The position numbers and the translations under genes are program-made. From Chiloscyllium plagiosum (Eukaryota), in the NCBI RefSeq assembly GCF_004010195.1, contig NC_057757.1, forward strand, positions 6,575,204 through 6,620,187: DNA of 44,984 nucleotides. The letters run 5' to 3'. Positions 1 through 44,984 of this stretch are shown here, piece by piece. The notes beneath the pieces are model-generated. The model worked only from the letters and a program-made list of their open reading frames with translations, ran no database searches and was not told the origin of the DNA. Positions within the stretch are counted from its first letter, which is position 1, and every line of letters starts with the position of its first letter.

Positions 1-6
1 GGAGTG

Positions 7-20
7 AATGGGGGGGGGGG

Positions 21-64
<44 letters not shown>

Positions 65-165
65 GAAAGGAACAAAAAGGGGGAGGGAAAAGGGAGGAGC
101 AGCAAAAGGCGGGGGGAGAGGAAGAGAATAAAAAAGGAAAAAAAGAGAGAAAAAGGAGAAAGGAA
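7..165. repeat. purine-rich low-complexity / (GA)n tract
   Basis: Almost exclusively G and A, including a GA dinucleotide run. Confidence 0.9.
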
Positions 166-392
166 ATATTTGACCCAGACCCAATTGAGAGTTCAACTCC
201 TAGTTGGTTATCAGAGGTTAATAACGTAGTGTTAGGAAGAGATTGGTTATAGACAATCCCCAGGGTAGGAATGTTGCCTGGTGTCCAGGGTAACGCTCAT
301 TCAAGTCAGTAAAACAACAGGTCCCTTGCCTGCAGGGCCGCTGACTTCAGAGAACACACTGTTTGCACCGACTGCCCCGGTCAAGAGGCCGC

Positions 393-41253
<40,861 letters not shown>

Positions 41254-41320
41254 GCTGGCCGGCGGTGTGCGGGCGAAAGGTCCCTCAGCTCACGTTCGTC
41301 ACTGCAGCTGCCTGGATTAA
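41254..41320 (-). other. 5'UTR part of the first coding exon (67 nt); upstream non-coding exon and promoter not found in window
   Basis: On the minus strand a CT-rich tract ends in TAG (AG at 41321-41322) just upstream; there is no ATG in this UTR segment. Confidence 0.65.
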
Positions 41321-41403
41321 CTAGAGACAGAGAGAGACAGACAGAGAGGAAGAGATGATCAACAAGAACATCAGCAACTCGCCACAACTGGAAAGGCAGT
41401 GCT

Positions 41404-41429
41404 CAACAACAACAACAACAACAACAACA
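41404..41429. repeat. (CAA)n microsatellite
   Basis: Direct reading. Confidence 0.95.
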
Positions 41430-42499
41430 TGCTGCATCTGTATGATGCCGCACACAGACAGAGAGACAAAGAACCATTCCAAGGCACAGAAACAGAAACC
41501 AAAATTGTTCGAACAGCACAACAGGTCTGGCAGCACCAACGAGAGAGAAAGTGGAGTTCACGTTTCGGGACGAGTGACCATTCCTCAGTACGGGCAACGT
41601 GAATATGAGCCAGAATGCGGGAATACTGGGAGGCTGCCCACTTTTGACGCAGGCAGGTTAGAAAAAGGCATGTATCATTTAAACAGGGAGAGACTGCAGG
41701 ACAGAGGGATCTGGGTACATTCATCCACACAAAGACTAAGAGATAGGTATGGGAACATCTGAGGAACGTCAATGCAAAAAAACAAAACAAAACCACTGCC
41801 TTTGTGCAAGGGTTCACAGCAAAGAAGTCGCATCGGGACATTGGAGACGACCCTATCTGGGAGCAGGGTGTTACAGGAAGTAACCACATCAGTTGCCCAG
41901 TCTCTGAGCCTGACACTGCACTGGGTCCCAGGGAGGAGGATTCACCTAGCAGGACCAGGAGAGGAAATCCTGCAGGGATGCCAACCAGAAGGGCTGATGG
42001 GAAGGAAACTTAAACCAATCTGGAGGTCGCCCTTCCCTCACGCCCCGAGTCTCTGTGGGAGACAGCACTTCAACCTTCCTGTGTAGGGACCAAATGGAAT
42101 AGAAACCCTGAGCAAGCCTAACCTCTGCCCACCAACCCAAACGTTGCTATTAATGGGCGAGGATCTCAATGGTGGAGAGGGTGACCTAGGTCACATTTGG
42201 CCCAAAAGGAAGGTTGCTTCCAGAGCACTGACAGAATTGTGACAGTGGTGGGCTGAATGGCCTCCATCCTCAGAGGGCCAGGAACATCAAGTTCAAGTCT
42301 AAAAAGGTTACGGTCAGAGAACCTTGCGTTCCTACACACTCCAGGGGCTAGGCCAGCCTAGAAGCACTGGGGGCATACCAAGTCACCCTCCACCCCCAGG
42401 AGAACTGCCTGAGATGGGTGGGGGGGGGGGGGGGGGGGGAAATCAAACCCACCAGCAAAACCACTAGAGGGGGTGAGGCAGAATGCACTCGATTGTAAG

Positions 42500-44480
42500 T
42501 CTGAAAGGTGGCTAATGTGGTGCCACTACTTTAGATAGATGGTAAGGAAATGCCAGGGGAACTACAGACCATTGAGCCTGACATCAGTGGTGGGTACACT
42601 ATTGGAGAGGATTCTGAGGGACAGGGTTTAAATGCAATTGTAAAAAAGACTGATCAAGGATAGTCAGCGTGGCTTTGTGCGTGGGAAATCATGTCTCACT
42701 AACATGACTGAGTTTTTTGACCAGATATCCGAAAGTAATCTACTTCCATTTGCCAGTGTTTGGCCCATATCCCTCCAAACCCTTCCTATTCATATACCCA
42801 TCCAGACGCCTTTTGAATGCTGTAACTGTACCAGCCTCCATCACTTCCTCTGGCAGCTCATTCCATACACATACCACCCTCTGTGTGAAAACGTTGCCCC
42901 TTAGGTCTCTTTTATATATTTCTCCTCTCACCCTAAACCTATGCCCTCTAGTTCTGGACTCCCCGACCCCAGGGAAAATACTTTGTCTATTTACCCTAAC
43001 CATGCCCCTCATGATTTTGTAAATCTCTATAAAGGTCACCCCTCAGCCTCCGACGCTCCAGGGAAAACAGCCCCAGCCTGTTCAGCCTCTCCAGATAGCT
43101 CAAACCCTCCAACCCTCGCACCATTTCTGAACCCTCTCAAGTTTCACAACATCTTTGCTGTAGCAGGGAGATCAGAATTGAACACAGCCTTCCAAAAGTG
43201 TCCCAACCAATGTCCTGTATAGCCGCAACATGACCTCCCTACGCCTAGACTCAATGCACTGACCAAGCACACCAAACACCTTCTTCCCTACCCTGTCTAC
43301 CTATGACTTCATCTTCAAGGAACTACGAACCTGCACTCCAAGATCTCTTTGTTCAGCAACACTCCCTAAGCCTTAATGTAGCCCATGAAGTCCTACCAAA
43401 ATGCATCCATCTCATATTTACCTAAATTAAACTCCATCTGGATCTCCTGAGCCCATCTGATCAAGGCCCCATCGTACACTGAGATAACTTTCTTCATTGG
43501 CTGCTACACCAGCAGTTTGCGTCTCAGTCATACAGCACGGAAACAGACCTTTCGGCCCAAGCCGTCCATGCCGGCCACAATCCCAAACTGAACTTGTCCC
43601 ACCCGCCTGCTCCTGGCCCATCTCCCTCCGAACCATTCCTATTCATGCATCCATCCCATTGTCCTTTAAACTTTGTAATTGTACCCAGATCCACTACGTC
43701 CTTATGAAGTTCATTACACACTCGAACCACTGAAAAGAAATTTGCCCCTTGGAGTCTTTTTTATTTAAAATATGTCACCTTAAAAATTTACCCCCAGTCT
43801 CGAAATTCACCATCTTGTGGAAAAAGAGAATTTCCATCAAGTCTCTAGATCCTTCATTATTTTATAAACTTCTGTCAGGTCACACCTCAATCTCCTAAGC
43901 TCCAATGGAAAATGTCCCAGTCTTTCTGTCTAACTCAAACCTTCAGTGACTGGCAACATCCTGGTAAATCTCTTATGGACCCTCACCAGCTTTCTAACAT
44001 CCTTCCTGTAACAGGGTGACCAGAACGGGACACAGTAATCCAGAAGGGGCCTCACTATCGTCCTGTACAACCTCAACATGGCGTCCCAGCTCCTGTACTC
44101 CAAGGTCTGAGCAATGAAAGCAAGCGTGCTAAACGCCTTCTTAACCAACCTGTCGACTGGAATGCAAACTTTAAAGGATTATGTACCGGCACCCCTAGGT
44201 TCTGCAACACTATCCAAGGCCCTACCATTAATTGTACAAGTGGAGTGCATGGTTTGTTTTACAAAGATGCAATACTTAGCATTTATCCAGATTGAACTCC
44301 ATCTGCCATTATTCAGCCCATTGACCAATTTGATCAAGCTCCCTTAGTAACCTTTCTAACTCTGTTCATATTCAACTCATTTATGTAAATGACAAAAAGC
44401 AGTGGTTGGGTCAGAGGCCTACACACAATCTGAAAAGCAACCCTCTACCATCACCCTCTGTCTCCTGCCTTCAAGCCAAT
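42500..44480. mobile_element. cluster of CR1 fragments (+ 42500-42722; - 42740-43510; - 43525-44480)
   Basis: Peptides PGNYRPLSLTSVVG, GKSCLTNMTEFFD, SRTRGHRFRVRGE and LYRTIVRPLLDYCVPFWSP. Confidence 0.85.
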
Positions 44481-44576
44481 CATAACCAGCTAAAGAAAAG
44501 GCATCAGTTCACAAAATAACACTCTCCCATCATTTAACACTGACCCCAAAACATAGATGTGCTTAGTTGCAGCCAG

Positions 44577-44597
44577 GAGAGAGAAAGAGATACAGAT

Positions 44598-44654
<57 letters not shown>

Positions 44655-44675
44655 TAGAGAGAGAGAGAGAGATGT

Positions 44676-44732
<57 letters not shown>

Positions 44733-44753
44733 TAGAGAGAGAGAGAGAGATGT

Positions 44754-44810
<57 letters not shown>

Positions 44811-44831
44811 TAGAGAGAGAGAGAGAGATGT

Positions 44832-44888
<57 letters not shown>

Positions 44889-44913
44889 TAGAGAGAGAGA
44901 GAGAGATGTAGAC

Positions 44914-44944
<31 letters not shown>

Positions 44945-44953
44945 GAGAGAGAA

Positions 44954-44984
<31 letters not shown>
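44577..44984. repeat. compound (GA)n microsatellite with recurring gatgtagaga/gatgtagaca interruptions
   Basis: Direct reading; runs to the end of the window. Confidence 0.95.

Noticed and set aside
1..392. Poly(A) signal or 3' end of the gene
   Set aside because: I saw no minus-strand AATAAA, and the window edge is low-complexity; the 3' end cannot be placed.

Overview
Eukaryotic genomic DNA from a cartilaginous fish (inferred from dense HE1-like V-SINEs and HER1/CR1-like LINEs), with three N-gaps (1927-2635, 4784-5098, 18363-18530). The minus strand carries the complete coding sequence of a class IA PI3-kinase p110alpha-type (PIK3CA-like) gene. It has 21 coding exons, from the ATG at 41253 to the TGA at 393, all with GT-AG introns, giving a 3201-nt CDS and a 1066-aa protein. 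Internal exon sizes and phases match human PIK3CA as I recall them, except for an extra phase-0 intron after codon 63 and a different, 2-aa-shorter C-terminus (HTIRHMP*). This suggests a second p110alpha paralog. The introns are mostly repeats: SINEs, CR1, Rex-like and L2/CR1-like LINE fragments, a Penelope GIY-YIG fragment, a probable solo LTR and a 44-bp minisatellite. The most unusual signal is a set of short, often fold-back insertions carrying minimal hammerhead-ribozyme cores (CUGANGA-stem II-GAAAC-GUC). Three members of the family are flanked by 14-16-bp target-site duplications, and a decayed core sits at the end of the Penelope fragment. Almost all ORFs in the supplied track are spurious or repeat-derived. 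Repeat boundaries are approximate; exon boundaries were read base by base.
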